IMG/VR virus record: IMGVR_UViG_3300042545_001008
Span: 1-33,834 of that record
Length of the DNA stretch: 33,834 bases
Origin: a virus
Taxonomy: Duplodnaviria; Caudoviricetes
Strand: one strand, 5' to 3'
The notes under the pieces were generated by a model that made no database searches, was not told the origin of the DNA, and worked only from the letters and a program-made list of their open reading frames with translations. Shown piece after piece: positions 1 to 8,626 of this stretch (positions within the stretch are counted from its first letter, which is position 1; each line of letters begins with the position of its first letter). A program made the translations under genes and the position numbers.

Positions 1-369
1 CTCATCATTGCCAGGCATGGTCGCGCCAGCAAGCACAGTGACGGCCCAAGTGTTGGTGTTGAATTTTACGTAAATAATGTCGCCGTTCGCAACCGTCAGC
101 GTGTGGTAGGCGCGTCGCGTGCCGATATTAGTTGAGCCAAAAGACGAGGTACCCATCCATGTGCCCGCCATCACCTTCACGGTCGGGCCGGCATGGTCGA
201 GCACGGAAATATCGAACTCGCGCTCGCCGTTCACAGGCAGCAGCCCCTCGGGGCGCTGATACGGCATCGACTCGTTCCGGTCGGTCTCCGGCTGATTCCT
301 GCCCGGCGCGTGCGGGATGACTTCGCGAATCCTTTGCAGGATCACATCAGGGATGTCGGGTTCGTCCAT
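1..369 (-). CDS. Putative tail-region protein, truncated by the left window edge (MDEPDIPDVILQRIRE...)
   Basis: My translation. ATG at 367-369 overlaps the TAA of the upstream gene (TAATG coupling) and the frame stays open to position 1. Not in the ORF track. Confidence 0.65.
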   Translation of the reverse strand, partial: MDEPDIPDVILQRIREVIPHAPGRNQPETDRNESMPYQRPEGLLPVNGEREFDISVLDHAGPTVKVMAGTWMGTSSFGSTNIGTRRAYHTLTVANGDIIYVKFNTNTWAVTVLAGATMPGNDE

Positions 370-1745
370 TATCCGGTGACGGTGGTTACGGCCTTGCGGA
401 GAAGGTGATACTTCCAGCGCACGATGTCGCAGCTATGCACGATGCCGGACACCGCGGACAGGAACGCGCTCGCGCCGCTCGTCCCAGTCCAAGATGGCCC
501 CACCACGCCGATGTATCCCCACTTCGGATTGTTGCTCGCGGTGTTGAAGTTCGGCACCGTCACGGTTCCGTTCACCGCAACGCCGCGCAGCGAGACGTTG
601 TAGAACAGGCCGCTGAAAATCAGGTCTTTTGTCTCCGGGGTGAAGTAGGCGTTGACCGTGGCGGCGGTCTGCGATCCCGCGTAGGTGAAAGTGGTGGTAG
701 CAATCGCCTGCCGTGAACCTCCGGAGACAATCGGCCAGTTCAGATTCACGATCACCGCGCCGTCGTTGCCGGCAAAGTGATCCAGCGTCGGCGATCCAGT
801 CACCACGGAAGGGTAATGGATCTGCATCGTGTCGGTCTTCGTGACGGTGATGCCAGCGAAGTCCAGCAGCGTGCTTGTGATTTTCCATCCGTGAACCGAG
901 GAAATCGGCTGATAGATGATGTCCGATCCGGCGACTTGCGTGTAGGGCGCAGACGGCTTCGCCACCATTTGCTTCGTCACGGAAACGTCGGTCTGCGTCT
1001 CTCCGTCGATCTCGTAGCGGATCGTCGCCGGCCCCGGTAGCGTCTGCCATACGCGCGTGACTGAGTAGAAAAGGTTCCCCATCTCGCCCTGCTCGGGCAC
1101 TGCCTCCTGGTCGATCAGGATCGCGGTCTGGTCTTGGATGGATGCCGTTGCCGTCGCGCCTGTGCCGCCGCCGCCGCTGAATGCGACCGTGGGAGTCGTG
1201 ACGTATCCGGTGCCCTCTGCCGTGAGCAAAAGCGCGACCACGGCCCCGTCGCGAATCTGCGCGATCGCCGCCGCCCCGGTGCCTGATCCCCCGCTGAATG
1301 TCACCGTGGGGGCTGTCAGGTAGCCGCTGCCGCCCGCGGTGAGCGCGATGCCGATGACCGCCGTGAGCGGCGTGCCGGCCGTGAGCGCGGCGTAGGCGCT
1401 CTTGAGGATCGTGTACTTGCGGATGTAGGTCGGCGCGGCGTGGCCGCCCTCCAGATACTTCAGGGAAAGATTGTGCGCCTCCTGCGCGTTCTGCGACGTG
1501 GCCCACACCCGCCGCATGTATTGCTTGTCCCCGTCGCCATCCGCCTCTTTCTGCGAGACGAGGCGGTAGTTGCTCGCGCCCTTCCGTGGCGTACCAATGA
1601 GAACCGGGGTGTAACCGGCGTCGAGCAGCACGTCCTCCACGAGCACGAGATCCCGGACGTTGGCCGTCGGGTAGATCGTGGATGGCTCAAGCAGCCGATT
1701 CTGCGCCTGCGAAAGTCCGTAGTCCCTGCGCGCCCCGAGGCTCAA
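369..1745 (-). CDS. Virion tail structural protein (458 aa)
   Basis: Two copies of GxGYxTxPTVxFSGGxGTGAxAxA, a repeat common in phage tail proteins. Thr/Val/Gly-rich. Overlaps the stop of the adaptor gene. Confidence 0.65.
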   Translation of the reverse strand: MSLGARRDYGLSQAQNRLLEPSTIYPTANVRDLVLVEDVLLDAGYTPVLIGTPRKGASNYRLVSQKEADGDGDKQYMRRVWATSQNAQEAHNLSLKYLEGGHAAPTYIRKYTILKSAYAALTAGTPLTAVIGIALTAGGSGYLTAPTVTFSGGSGTGAAAIAQIRDGAVVALLLTAEGTGYVTTPTVAFSGGGGTGATATASIQDQTAILIDQEAVPEQGEMGNLFYSVTRVWQTLPGPATIRYEIDGETQTDVSVTKQMVAKPSAPYTQVAGSDIIYQPISSVHGWKITSTLLDFAGITVTKTDTMQIHYPSVVTGSPTLDHFAGNDGAVIVNLNWPIVSGGSRQAIATTTFTYAGSQTAATVNAYFTPETKDLIFSGLFYNVSLRGVAVNGTVTVPNFNTASNNPKWGYIGVVGPSWTGTSGASAFLSAVSGIVHSCDIVRWKYHLLRKAVTTVTG

Positions 1746-2749
1746 TAGAGGTATCCGGCGCCGCGACGCCGCCCCCGGAACGGCGGCGTGTAGTTCGCCG
1801 CCTGTTGGCTTGCTCCCTGCGGTTTGGCATTCTGGAGCGACTTGATCGCGAGTTCATACTGCCGGAAAATCTCCGCGCGCCCGGCGATGTTCGTGAAAAG
1901 AGGGTCGCCGCTGAGATGCTGCCGCGCCACCGCGTAAATCGTGAGTTCAGGGAACCAGACTACGGTATCCGTGCCCGGGTCGGTCGTGTGATCCCCGTTG
2001 TCAATGTCGTCCGCCGTGACGACGGGCGGTGTCGCCAGCAGCCGGTAGTCGAGCGGGTAGTCCGCCGACGGCATCGGCCCGATTCGCAGGTAGGTCGTGC
2101 GCGTCGCCGTGCCGGTCTGCTCATACCGGGTGTCCACAAAGTAGGAAACTGGCTGTCCGCTCAGTTTGTTCATCGCCGCGCTGCCGTAGCCGACGCTGTT
2201 CCAGCCGTGCATGGTTCGGATCACGCCGGCATATCTCTGAAGCTCCTCCCAGCTCGATGCCGGCAAGAGCACGCGCTGCCCGCGGATCTCCACCGGGTCG
2301 AGGATCACCATGTCCGTGCTCGGAAGCTGGATGGCGTCGCAATAGACCGTGGCCGAGTAGCTGCCGGTCGCGCCGAGGAACGGGCGGAGAAGCTGCGTGC
2401 TGGATTCGAGGATTTCGTTGTCCTGCGTGTCGCCGCTCGCGAAGACGATGGTGCAGCCGAGCATCCATGAGGCGTAGCCGGATGTGATGCTGATCGTGTT
2501 CGAGTATTGCGTGCAGCTCACGGTGACTGCCGTGGGCGCCCGCAGAACGGCACCGGTGCGCCGCTCGAACATGGCGCTCGGGCTCCGGTCCCAAAGCTCG
2601 ACATACGCGCCGTTGATGGCCGCGCAGATGGAGTCTAGGTCGCCCGGCGAAGGCCCGCGGGTGTCGCTGTTGTCGGTCGCGCCAGCCGGGGTGAGCGTGC
2701 GCAGGCCGAGATCCCGCATCAGTTGCTTGGCGAGCGTGTGGATCGTCAT
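1742..2749 (-). CDS. Putative head-tail adaptor/connector protein (335 aa)
   Basis: Located two genes after the capsid gene. N-terminal helix (LDSICAAINGAYVELW) and the GQPVSYFV...LRIGPMPSADYPLDY segment resemble podovirus-type adaptors. Confidence 0.55.
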   Translation of the reverse strand: MTIHTLAKQLMRDLGLRTLTPAGATDNSDTRGPSPGDLDSICAAINGAYVELWDRSPSAMFERRTGAVLRAPTAVTVSCTQYSNTISITSGYASWMLGCTIVFASGDTQDNEILESSTQLLRPFLGATGSYSATVYCDAIQLPSTDMVILDPVEIRGQRVLLPASSWEELQRYAGVIRTMHGWNSVGYGSAAMNKLSGQPVSYFVDTRYEQTGTATRTTYLRIGPMPSADYPLDYRLLATPPVVTADDIDNGDHTTDPGTDTVVWFPELTIYAVARQHLSGDPLFTNIAGRAEIFRQYELAIKSLQNAKPQGASQQAANYTPPFRGRRRGAGYLY

Positions 2750-2769
2750 CGGGGTGATCCGGGGGGTTG

Positions 2770-3324
2770 CTACGTCTCGATGTCGTCAGCGGGCGCGGCA
2801 TCGGGTTTCGGCGCGCTGAGAAGGGCGATCATGTCGTCCTTGTTCGGGTTTCCGATCAGCGGGATTCCGCGCTCCTTCATCATCGCGCGAAGCTCGCGGT
2901 GTCCGAGTTCGGCCAGCGGACGCGCGGCTTGCGCGGCGGGCTCGTTGGCTCCGGTCGCGTTCACGAGTCCGGTAAAGGCATCCGGCGTCCGGGTGTTTGT
3001 CTGCTCGGATTTCAGGCGCGCGATCTCCGATTTCAGGCGCGCGATCTCCGCTTTCGCCGCCGCAAGTTCCTCCGTCAGCCGCTTCACGTCGTCGCCGGAT
3101 TCGGCCACCGCGACCACCGGCCACCACTTGATCACGTTCGGATGCTTCGCGATGTCGGGCAGGATCGTATTCTGGAACTCGTCCAGGTCGAACTCTGCCG
3201 TCTGGTGTCGCATGTCCTTCTCGTGGAAGTGGGCGCGGTCATAGACCCTGCCGCTCCTTCCCTGCAAAGAGGGCATGACGTTGCGTGCGGTTCCGTAGGT
3301 GACGAGTTTGATTTTGGCAGACAT
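2770..3324 (-). CDS. Coiled-coil protein with a C-terminal SAP/HeH/Rho-N-like helical domain (184 aa)
   Basis: ELGHRELRAMMKERGIPLIGNPNKDDMIALL fits the HeH/SAP pattern. Such genes often follow capsid genes. Confidence 0.6.
   Translation of the reverse strand: MSAKIKLVTYGTARNVMPSLQGRSGRVYDRAHFHEKDMRHQTAEFDLDEFQNTILPDIAKHPNVIKWWPVVAVAESGDDVKRLTEELAAAKAEIARLKSEIARLKSEQTNTRTPDAFTGLVNATGANEPAAQAARPLAELGHRELRAMMKERGIPLIGNPNKDDMIALLSAPKPDAAPADDIET
3008..3049. repeat. Perfect 2 x 21-bp tandem duplication encoding EIARLKS twice
   Basis: gatttcaggcgcgcgatctcc x2. Adds exactly one coiled-coil heptad. Confidence 0.9.
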
Positions 3325-3349
3325 AGAGGATTGAAAATTGAAAGACTGC

Positions 3350-3381
3350 GCCCCGGCGGAGACATGACGCTCCGCCGGGGC
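3350..3381 (-). terminator. Probable intrinsic terminator/attenuator after the major capsid gene
   Basis: Perfect 12-bp stem gccccggcggag / ctccgccggggc with an 8-nt loop, ~20 nt after the capsid stop. On the minus strand it is followed by T-rich GCAGTCTTTCAATTTTC. Confidence 0.7.
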
Positions 3382-3400
3382 CGGCTATGAACCACACAAA

Positions 3401-4987
3401 CTAGGCGATGACGGGAGCGCCGGGCACAGGCAGTGCGTGGCACGAGACCACGAAGCCGGGGCACACACCGTCAGAACGCTCCACAAGGGCCGCGCCCCAC
3501 ACCTTCTCCGCACCGATTTCATGATCCATGTCATGATTCAGGTGCTCCTCGGTGCGCTTGCCGAACTGCGGGCTCACTTTCGAGCCGTTGATCGTGCCGA
3601 CGCCGCAGATAAGGGCTTCCGCGCCGAGGCCGAGCGAGCGACCGAACGGGGTGCCGAGGATGTTGCACTCGACCACGAGGGAGCCGATCGGGAATGCCCA
3701 ATCAGTGGTTTCCCCGGTGAGGCCGAGCACGACCTTGCTGAACAGGGTGATTTCGAGGCCGGTGTTGACCTTGAAGCCGAACACGCCCCACACGCCCGTC
3801 GAGGGGTTGATGACGAGGATGTAGCGCAGCGTGGCGGTGTCCGCGGCGATGGTGGCGCCCCAGTGGTAGGTCCACGGGGCGTTGCTGAAGTAGCGGGTGT
3901 ACTCAGGGGCGGGCGTGACTGCTGCCGCCGCCGCGCTGCCGCCGCCCTTCACGGCGATGGTGCCGCCATTGACCGTGGTGCCGCTGAACGTCGGGGCGAG
4001 TGCCGCTCCGAGGTAGAGGCGCGGGGCGAGAAGGGATCCAATCGGTCCCCAGTTCCCGTGATCGAGCTGGTCCCAGCGGTAGATTCCCACGCCGTCCCAA
4101 TCCACGAAGTTGCCCTTGAACTGCGGGTTCTTGTCCCCGCGCTCACCCGCCAGGCGGATGCCGGCGAGGTAGTCGCTTTCGCTCTTGAGGTGGCTCAGGG
4201 CGTAGTGCGTGCCGAAGACCATGTAGTTCTTCACGCGGCTGCCGCCGGAGTCCATCGCGCCGGTCGCCATCGGAAGCGCGCCGTTGCTGGTGAGGATGTT
4301 CCGCGTGTTGCCGATCGTCGCGGTGTCCATGTAGTGCGCCGTCTTGATCGTCGCGATGGTCGAAGGGCCGCCCACCGTGAACATCTTGTTCCGGCTGGAC
4401 GCCTCAGACTTCGCGATCATGAGGCGAAGCATATCGTCGTTGTTCTTGATGGCGTGCTGCTGGCTCAGACCTTGCTTGATCATGCCGTCGAGACGACCGC
4501 CGACCATCGTTTCGTCGCGGGCGACGCTCTGGTAGCCCACGCCGAACCACTGGCGACCGATCTTCACGTCGAACGAGCCGGCCTGAATCTTGTTGGCCGA
4601 ACCGGTGCGGACGCCCGCGCCCTGCACGCCGGGGCCGCCGAAGCCGCCGTAGGTCGTGACATGCACGGTGGAGCCGGACACTTTCTCGGTGTCGGTGATC
4701 TTGACGATGGCCTTGCCTGCGTCGCCCTCGCCCATGAATCCATCCGCGAGCGGATTGTCCTGGTATGCGGCGTCCGCGCCCTTCACGACCTTGAGCGCCC
4801 AAATCTCCTGTTCGAGATTGGCGTTCTGCGTGGTGAGGTCGCCCTTGGTGGTGGCGTTGGCGACCGGGTAGCTCGTGCCGAGCGCCGGGACAGTGAGGAA
4901 TCCGAACAGCGCGGCGAGAGCCAGCGGGCCGGAGACGAATGCGAGTGCGGCCACGAAGAGCAGCCGGAAGATATTGCGATTTTTCAT
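3401..4987 (-). CDS. Major capsid protein, N4-gp56/DUF4043-like (528 aa), with a hydrophobic N-terminal leader
   Basis: TDTEKVSGSTV...GPGVQG...FDVKIGRQ and AGERGDKNPQFKGNFVDWDGVGIY match my recollection of the N4-gp56 capsid family. Follows a scaffold-like gene and precedes a terminator. Confidence 0.8.
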   Translation of the reverse strand: MKNRNIFRLLFVAALAFVSGPLALAALFGFLTVPALGTSYPVANATTKGDLTTQNANLEQEIWALKVVKGADAAYQDNPLADGFMGEGDAGKAIVKITDTEKVSGSTVHVTTYGGFGGPGVQGAGVRTGSANKIQAGSFDVKIGRQWFGVGYQSVARDETMVGGRLDGMIKQGLSQQHAIKNNDDMLRLMIAKSEASSRNKMFTVGGPSTIATIKTAHYMDTATIGNTRNILTSNGALPMATGAMDSGGSRVKNYMVFGTHYALSHLKSESDYLAGIRLAGERGDKNPQFKGNFVDWDGVGIYRWDQLDHGNWGPIGSLLAPRLYLGAALAPTFSGTTVNGGTIAVKGGGSAAAAAVTPAPEYTRYFSNAPWTYHWGATIAADTATLRYILVINPSTGVWGVFGFKVNTGLEITLFSKVVLGLTGETTDWAFPIGSLVVECNILGTPFGRSLGLGAEALICGVGTINGSKVSPQFGKRTEEHLNHDMDHEIGAEKVWGAALVERSDGVCPGFVVSCHALPVPGAPVIA

Positions 4988-5027
4988 TGGATTAGAGATG
5001 TGAGATTTGGGTTGGGTTGTTGGTGGA

Positions 5028-6122
5028 CTACCTGCGCAGCACGTATCCCGAGTTCCCCGGAGTGGGTGATAGCTTCTCCAGGTCTGCGAGACTCATGTTT
5101 GCGGCTTCTGCGAGCGAGAGGGCCTTTGGCGCGGGCGGTGTCGCGGGCGGTATGCTCGCGGCCCCTCCTGCGGTCGTGGGCTTGCGGACTTGCGGCGTCG
5201 GTTGGGTTGCGGTCGCTGCCGCTTGCGCGGGGGCGTCCGACTCCATGAGCGCGGCGAGTTCCTTGGCGACCGAGGTTCCGTTGTCGGCGGCGCGCAGTTT
5301 CGCCAGTTGCATGGCGGCTTCGGCGGCGATGACTTCGGGAGCCTTCGGATCACTCAGGAGAACACTGCGAGCGGGATCTTTGGCGATCGACTCGATGCGT
5401 GCAGCGATGGCTTGTGCCAGTTCGGACTTCGGATCAGTGGATGAAGGGAATTGCCCCTTCGCGGCCTTGATTGAGTTCGAGCGTTCTGTGGCGAATGCGT
5501 CCTGTTTTTCCGCGGCGGCTTTCGCCTGCTGCGATTCAACGGCCGCCTTCTGCTGCCTCAGTTGCTCGATCTCGTCCTTGGCCTCCTCCAGTTCCTCGGT
5601 GCCGAGTGACTTCGCGAGTTCCTTTCGCCGGTCCATCGCCGCATTCAGCTTTTCGTCCAGTTCCGTCAGCGCGTCGCCGTGCTGTGGTTCGGGTTCGGGG
5701 TCTGGTGTGGCTACGGGCGCCTGCTTCTGCTGGCGCGCTTCGACAATCTCGATGCGCTCCTTCAGGCTTGGCACCGTCTCCCCTGCATCCTTCAGCGCCT
5801 TGCCGAGCGCAATCGCTTGCTGCTCGGTGTCGCTGAACTGTGCGGTGGAGACGCGGTTTGGCAGGATGCGATCCGATTTCGGGTCCGCGGGCGGCGTGGT
5901 TTCGCCTGCCTGCGGTTCCGGTTCGGTCGTGATCGCTGCGGGAACTGCTTCGGTTTCTGGCTGGTTCGCGGCCTGCATCCTCGCCAACTCCGCCTCTTGC
6001 TGTGCAAGAACGTCGTCGAAGGGGTCGCCGGTCGCGGTTGGAGTCGCCTGCGTTTCCGCGGGCGTTGCTGTCGCTGCTGCGCTTGCGGGATCTGTGACCT
6101 CCGCTGGTGCTGTGTTTTCCAT
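5028..6122 (-). CDS. Capsid scaffolding protein (364 aa)
   Basis: Acidic Pro/Ala/Thr-rich N-terminus, central coiled coil, short C-terminal helix (MSLADLEKL). Directly upstream of the capsid gene. Confidence 0.7.
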   Translation of the reverse strand: MENTAPAEVTDPASAAATATPAETQATPTATGDPFDDVLAQQEAELARMQAANQPETEAVPAAITTEPEPQAGETTPPADPKSDRILPNRVSTAQFSDTEQQAIALGKALKDAGETVPSLKERIEIVEARQQKQAPVATPDPEPEPQHGDALTELDEKLNAAMDRRKELAKSLGTEELEEAKDEIEQLRQQKAAVESQQAKAAAEKQDAFATERSNSIKAAKGQFPSSTDPKSELAQAIAARIESIAKDPARSVLLSDPKAPEVIAAEAAMQLAKLRAADNGTSVAKELAALMESDAPAQAAATATQPTPQVRKPTTAGGAASIPPATPPAPKALSLAEAANMSLADLEKLSPTPGNSGYVLRR

Positions 6123-6181
6123 TGCGATCCGCCGCCTGCTTCATCGCATTCGCGGATGGCAAGCAAAATCTTTCGCGGTCG

Positions 6182-6358
6182 TTACCCTGGGTTGATCGAT
6201 CCGAATTTTCCGCGAGGGACGCCGACGGTGTGCGACTTCCCGTTCGGCCTGCGCTTCTCCCATTCGCGCAGCTTCCTCCGGGTCTCCTTGTTGTTCAGGG
6301 AGTAGCGATTTCCCTCGACTCCCCCGCTGTTGAATGCCGCCGGCAGTGTTTTGTTCAT
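6182..6358 (-). CDS. Small basic hypothetical protein (58 aa, MNKTLPAAFNSGG...GSINPG)
   Basis: My translation. ATG at 6356-6358, TAA at 6182-6184. Fills the gap on the coding strand and is below the ORF-track cutoff. Confidence 0.5.
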   Translation of the reverse strand: MNKTLPAAFNSGGVEGNRYSLNNKETRRKLREWEKRRPNGKSHTVGVPRGKFGSINPG

Positions 6359-6369
6359 GGTTCAGATTT

Positions 6370-6456
6370 CTATTTTTTCCCGCCAAGCGTGGCGCAGAGC
6401 ACGACGATGCCAGCGAAGATGAACACCGCGAGGATGCCAGTGGCGGCGAAGTTCAT
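6370..6456 (-). CDS. 28-aa single-TM peptide (MNFAATGILAVFIFAGIVVLCATLGGKK)
   Basis: ATGA overlap with the endolysin stop, one hydrophobic helix, basic C-terminus, TAG at 6370-6372. Confidence 0.5.
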   Translation of the reverse strand: MNFAATGILAVFIFAGIVVLCATLGGKK

Positions 6457-6920
6457 GGCCGGGCAAACTGCCAGTGCATCCAGTCGAAGTCCCTCGCGCG
6501 GCCATAGCTGACTGCGCCCTCGCCCTCGATGATTTTCCACATCGGCAGGTATTCGAGGCGGGCAAACCGCGCAGTGCGCTTCGTCTCCTTGAGCATGTTC
6601 CTGTCCGCATCAAGATCGACGGCGCACCCCCATGAATGGATTGACCACGCGCTTTTGCTCCCGCGCTTGAGCCGCACGTTCAGGCAGCCCCCAAACTGAT
6701 CGATCCCAAGCTCGCGCAGCTTCTCCTCGCCGTATTCGCCTTTCAGCTTCGTGAACACTCGCAGCATCGCATCTGCGACCTTCTCGTGGCACGTCATCTC
6801 GGTGATGCGCGTGGCCTTGTCCCAGTCCAACACCATCGGGTAAGGCAGGACGATCTGCGTCTGGTTCTCGCCCTTTGGCCCGTAGAACTTCGGGCACTGT
6901 GCTTCGGTGGGCCAGTTCAT
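6453..6920 (-). CDS. Endolysin, M15-family Zn peptidase (155 aa)
   Basis: GGCLNVR...WSIHSWGCAVD (SxHxxGxAxD) and DWMHWQ motifs. Adjacent to holin-like genes. Confidence 0.85.
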   Translation of the reverse strand: MNWPTEAQCPKFYGPKGENQTQIVLPYPMVLDWDKATRITEMTCHEKVADAMLRVFTKLKGEYGEEKLRELGIDQFGGCLNVRLKRGSKSAWSIHSWGCAVDLDADRNMLKETKRTARFARLEYLPMWKIIEGEGAVSYGRARDFDWMHWQFARP

Positions 6921-7333
6921 CGGAACTTCTCCTCGGTGTCTTTCTTGATCGGCGCGTAGCTCGGGTCGTCCTTGTATCGCTCGGCGTACTCATGGACGAT
7001 GCGTTGCACGTTCTCGGTCTTCACTTCGCTCTTGGTGCTCGATGCGACATTCTGCGCGACACTCTCGAACTTCGCCGCCGCCGCGTTGGAGAAATTCTCC
7101 GCCGTCTGGATTCCGAGATAGGCGAGCAACATCGTCGTGACCGCCCACTGGAAGTGTTGAGTGATCGAAACGAATGCAGTCAGTTGCTCCGGCGTGGTGA
7201 ACGTGTAGAGCGTCCTCACGGTCGCCCAATACAGCCCCCATTCCGTCCAGATGGCGAACAGGGTCATCAAGAATTTCCGCGAGGCGAAGTTCATCGCGAG
7301 CGTTTTAAGTAGTCGGGTAAGGAAGGCTTTCAT
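6917..7333 (-). CDS. Holin-like membrane protein (~138 aa; likely start MKAFL at 7333)
   Basis: SRKFL motif, two hydrophobic segments and a charged C-tail. ATGA overlap with the endolysin start. Confidence 0.6.
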   Translation of the reverse strand: MKAFLTRLLKTLAMNFASRKFLMTLFAIWTEWGLYWATVRTLYTFTTPEQLTAFVSITQHFQWAVTTMLLAYLGIQTAENFSNAAAAKFESVAQNVASSTKSEVKTENVQRIVHEYAERYKDDPSYAPIKKDTEEKFR

Positions 7334-7338
7334 TGGGG

Positions 7339-7719
7339 TTATCGTTTGAAATATGCAAAGGCTGCGAACCCGATGGCCGTCAGGCTGAATGCAGAGAACC
7401 ACATCCACTTCGCTTTCGCCTGATTTGCCGCATCCAGCCGCGCCTTGTCCCGCTCCCATGTGCGTGTGTCGAGCGTGCCCTGCACGGCCTGCGTCTCCGC
7501 GAGTGCAGCAGCGTGGGCGGTCGTGAGGATGGCGAGCTGTGCGAGCGCGGAGTCCGTCTGCGCCTGCGCTTCATGGAACAACACCTGCATCTGCTTCACC
7601 AGCTTCACGATCTCCGTGCGCGTCTTGCCGTCGGTAACGGGGCGCGCCGTGGGGACAGTCTGCGAGTTCGCCATCGCCAGCAACACCCACAGTATGAGCA
7701 ACGGCAGGCACGGCCTCAC
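7339..7719 (-). CDS. Spanin-like protein: N-terminal signal/TM, coiled coil, C-terminal TM (126 aa; GTG start at 7719)
   Basis: GTGA overlap with the lipoprotein stop. LPLLILWVLLAMA at the N-terminus, Ala/Gln coiled coil, WMWFSAFSLTAIGFAAFAYF-KR at the C-terminus. Confidence 0.5.
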   Translation of the reverse strand: MRPCLPLLILWVLLAMANSQTVPTARPVTDGKTRTEIVKLVKQMQVLFHEAQAQTDSALAQLAILTTAHAAALAETQAVQGTLDTRTWERDKARLDAANQAKAKWMWFSAFSLTAIGFAAFAYFKR

Positions 7720-7946
7720 GGTTCGTCCTCCAGCAGCCGGAGAATCCTTCCGGCCTTGTAGTCCACGCGGGAGAGGATGCGCTTCACTTCCTTGCCGTCG
7801 CGGCGCGCCCGCGCAGTGGCAGCCGTGGCGGTGGTGAGATGCCGCACGAGTGGGGCCGTCTCGTTGCCGCGGTGTTGCGTGGCACAGCCGGTGAACATGC
7901 AGAGCGCCGCGAAAACGGCGAGGATGATGTAGAGGGTTCGGTTCAC
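7716..7946 (-). CDS. Small lipoprotein, o-spanin candidate (76 aa)
   Basis: MNRTLYIILAVFAALCMFTG-C signal with lipobox. Basic helical body. Lies in the lysis cassette. Confidence 0.65.
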   Translation of the reverse strand: MNRTLYIILAVFAALCMFTGCATQHRGNETAPLVRHLTTATAATARARRDGKEVKRILSRVDYKAGRILRLLEDEP

Positions 7947-8290
7947 GGCTTGCGGCTGATAGCATCTAAGGTCGCCGCGAGCCGATCCTGCGTGCGGATT
8001 GCGAGCTGCTGCGACTCGGAGATTTTGGACAGGTTTGCTTTAACCTCAGACATCGTGGTTTCCACGAGCACCAGTCGGGCGTCCTGCCGAATCGCAACTT
8101 CGCGCCCCTGACTCCACACCCCGATTCCTCCAAGAAGCATCACGGTGGCAGTGAGGACGTGCCCCAAGTTCACCGTGCCATCGAATTTCCACCGCCGGGC
8201 CTCGCGCTCAGCGCGCTCGCGCTCGCGGGCGCGCTGCTTCGCGAGTTCTTGCGCTTTGCTTTGCTCTTGTTCGAAGTCGGTCATTGGCAA
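7943..8290 (-). CDS. Single-TM coiled-coil protein, holin/lysis-accessory-like (115 aa)
   Basis: FDGTVNLGHVLTATVMLLGGIGVW TM segment followed by a coiled coil. Confidence 0.55.
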   Translation of the reverse strand: MPMTDFEQEQSKAQELAKQRARERERAEREARRWKFDGTVNLGHVLTATVMLLGGIGVWSQGREVAIRQDARLVLVETTMSEVKANLSKISESQQLAIRTQDRLAATLDAISRKP

Positions 8291-8296
8291 AGGAAA

Positions 8297-8614
8297 TTAC
8301 CGACGCGCAGGCGGCACGAACAGGGCTTCCAGGCCCGCTTTGATGTCTGTGCCGAGCAAGGACAGCACGCGGGCTTCCACGTCGGCCTGAGTGTAGTCGC
8401 CTGCCTTGTCGTAGTCCTCACCCTCCCACAGCGTAAGCTGGAACGGGCAGGGTGCGATGCGGGCGACGCAAGACCTGCGCTCGGAGTTGTCAATGGTCGT
8501 CACGTCCAGCTTGGACAGCGTGATCGGCTTCTGAACTCGCTCCTGCGCGGGTTGGCCGTCGCGAGCGGGACGGTGGATGGTTGGAGGCTGAATGGTGACG
8601 GTTTGAATGTTCAT
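8297..8614 (-). CDS. Hypothetical protein, possible fibre assembly chaperone (105 aa)
   Basis: Immediately follows the beta-solenoid fibre gene. Globular-looking (LTLWEGEDYDKAGDYTQADVEARV). Function inferred from position only. Confidence 0.5.
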   Translation of the reverse strand: MNIQTVTIQPPTIHRPARDGQPAQERVQKPITLSKLDVTTIDNSERRSCVARIAPCPFQLTLWEGEDYDKAGDYTQADVEARVLSLLGTDIKAGLEALFVPPARR

Positions 8615-8626
8615 GGTGAATCGAGG

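Noticed and set aside
6141-6386. 81-aa ORF from the ORF track
   Set aside because: Overlaps the 28-aa peptide and the putative scaffold promoter. The 58-aa ATG ORF at 6182-6358 fits the spacing better.
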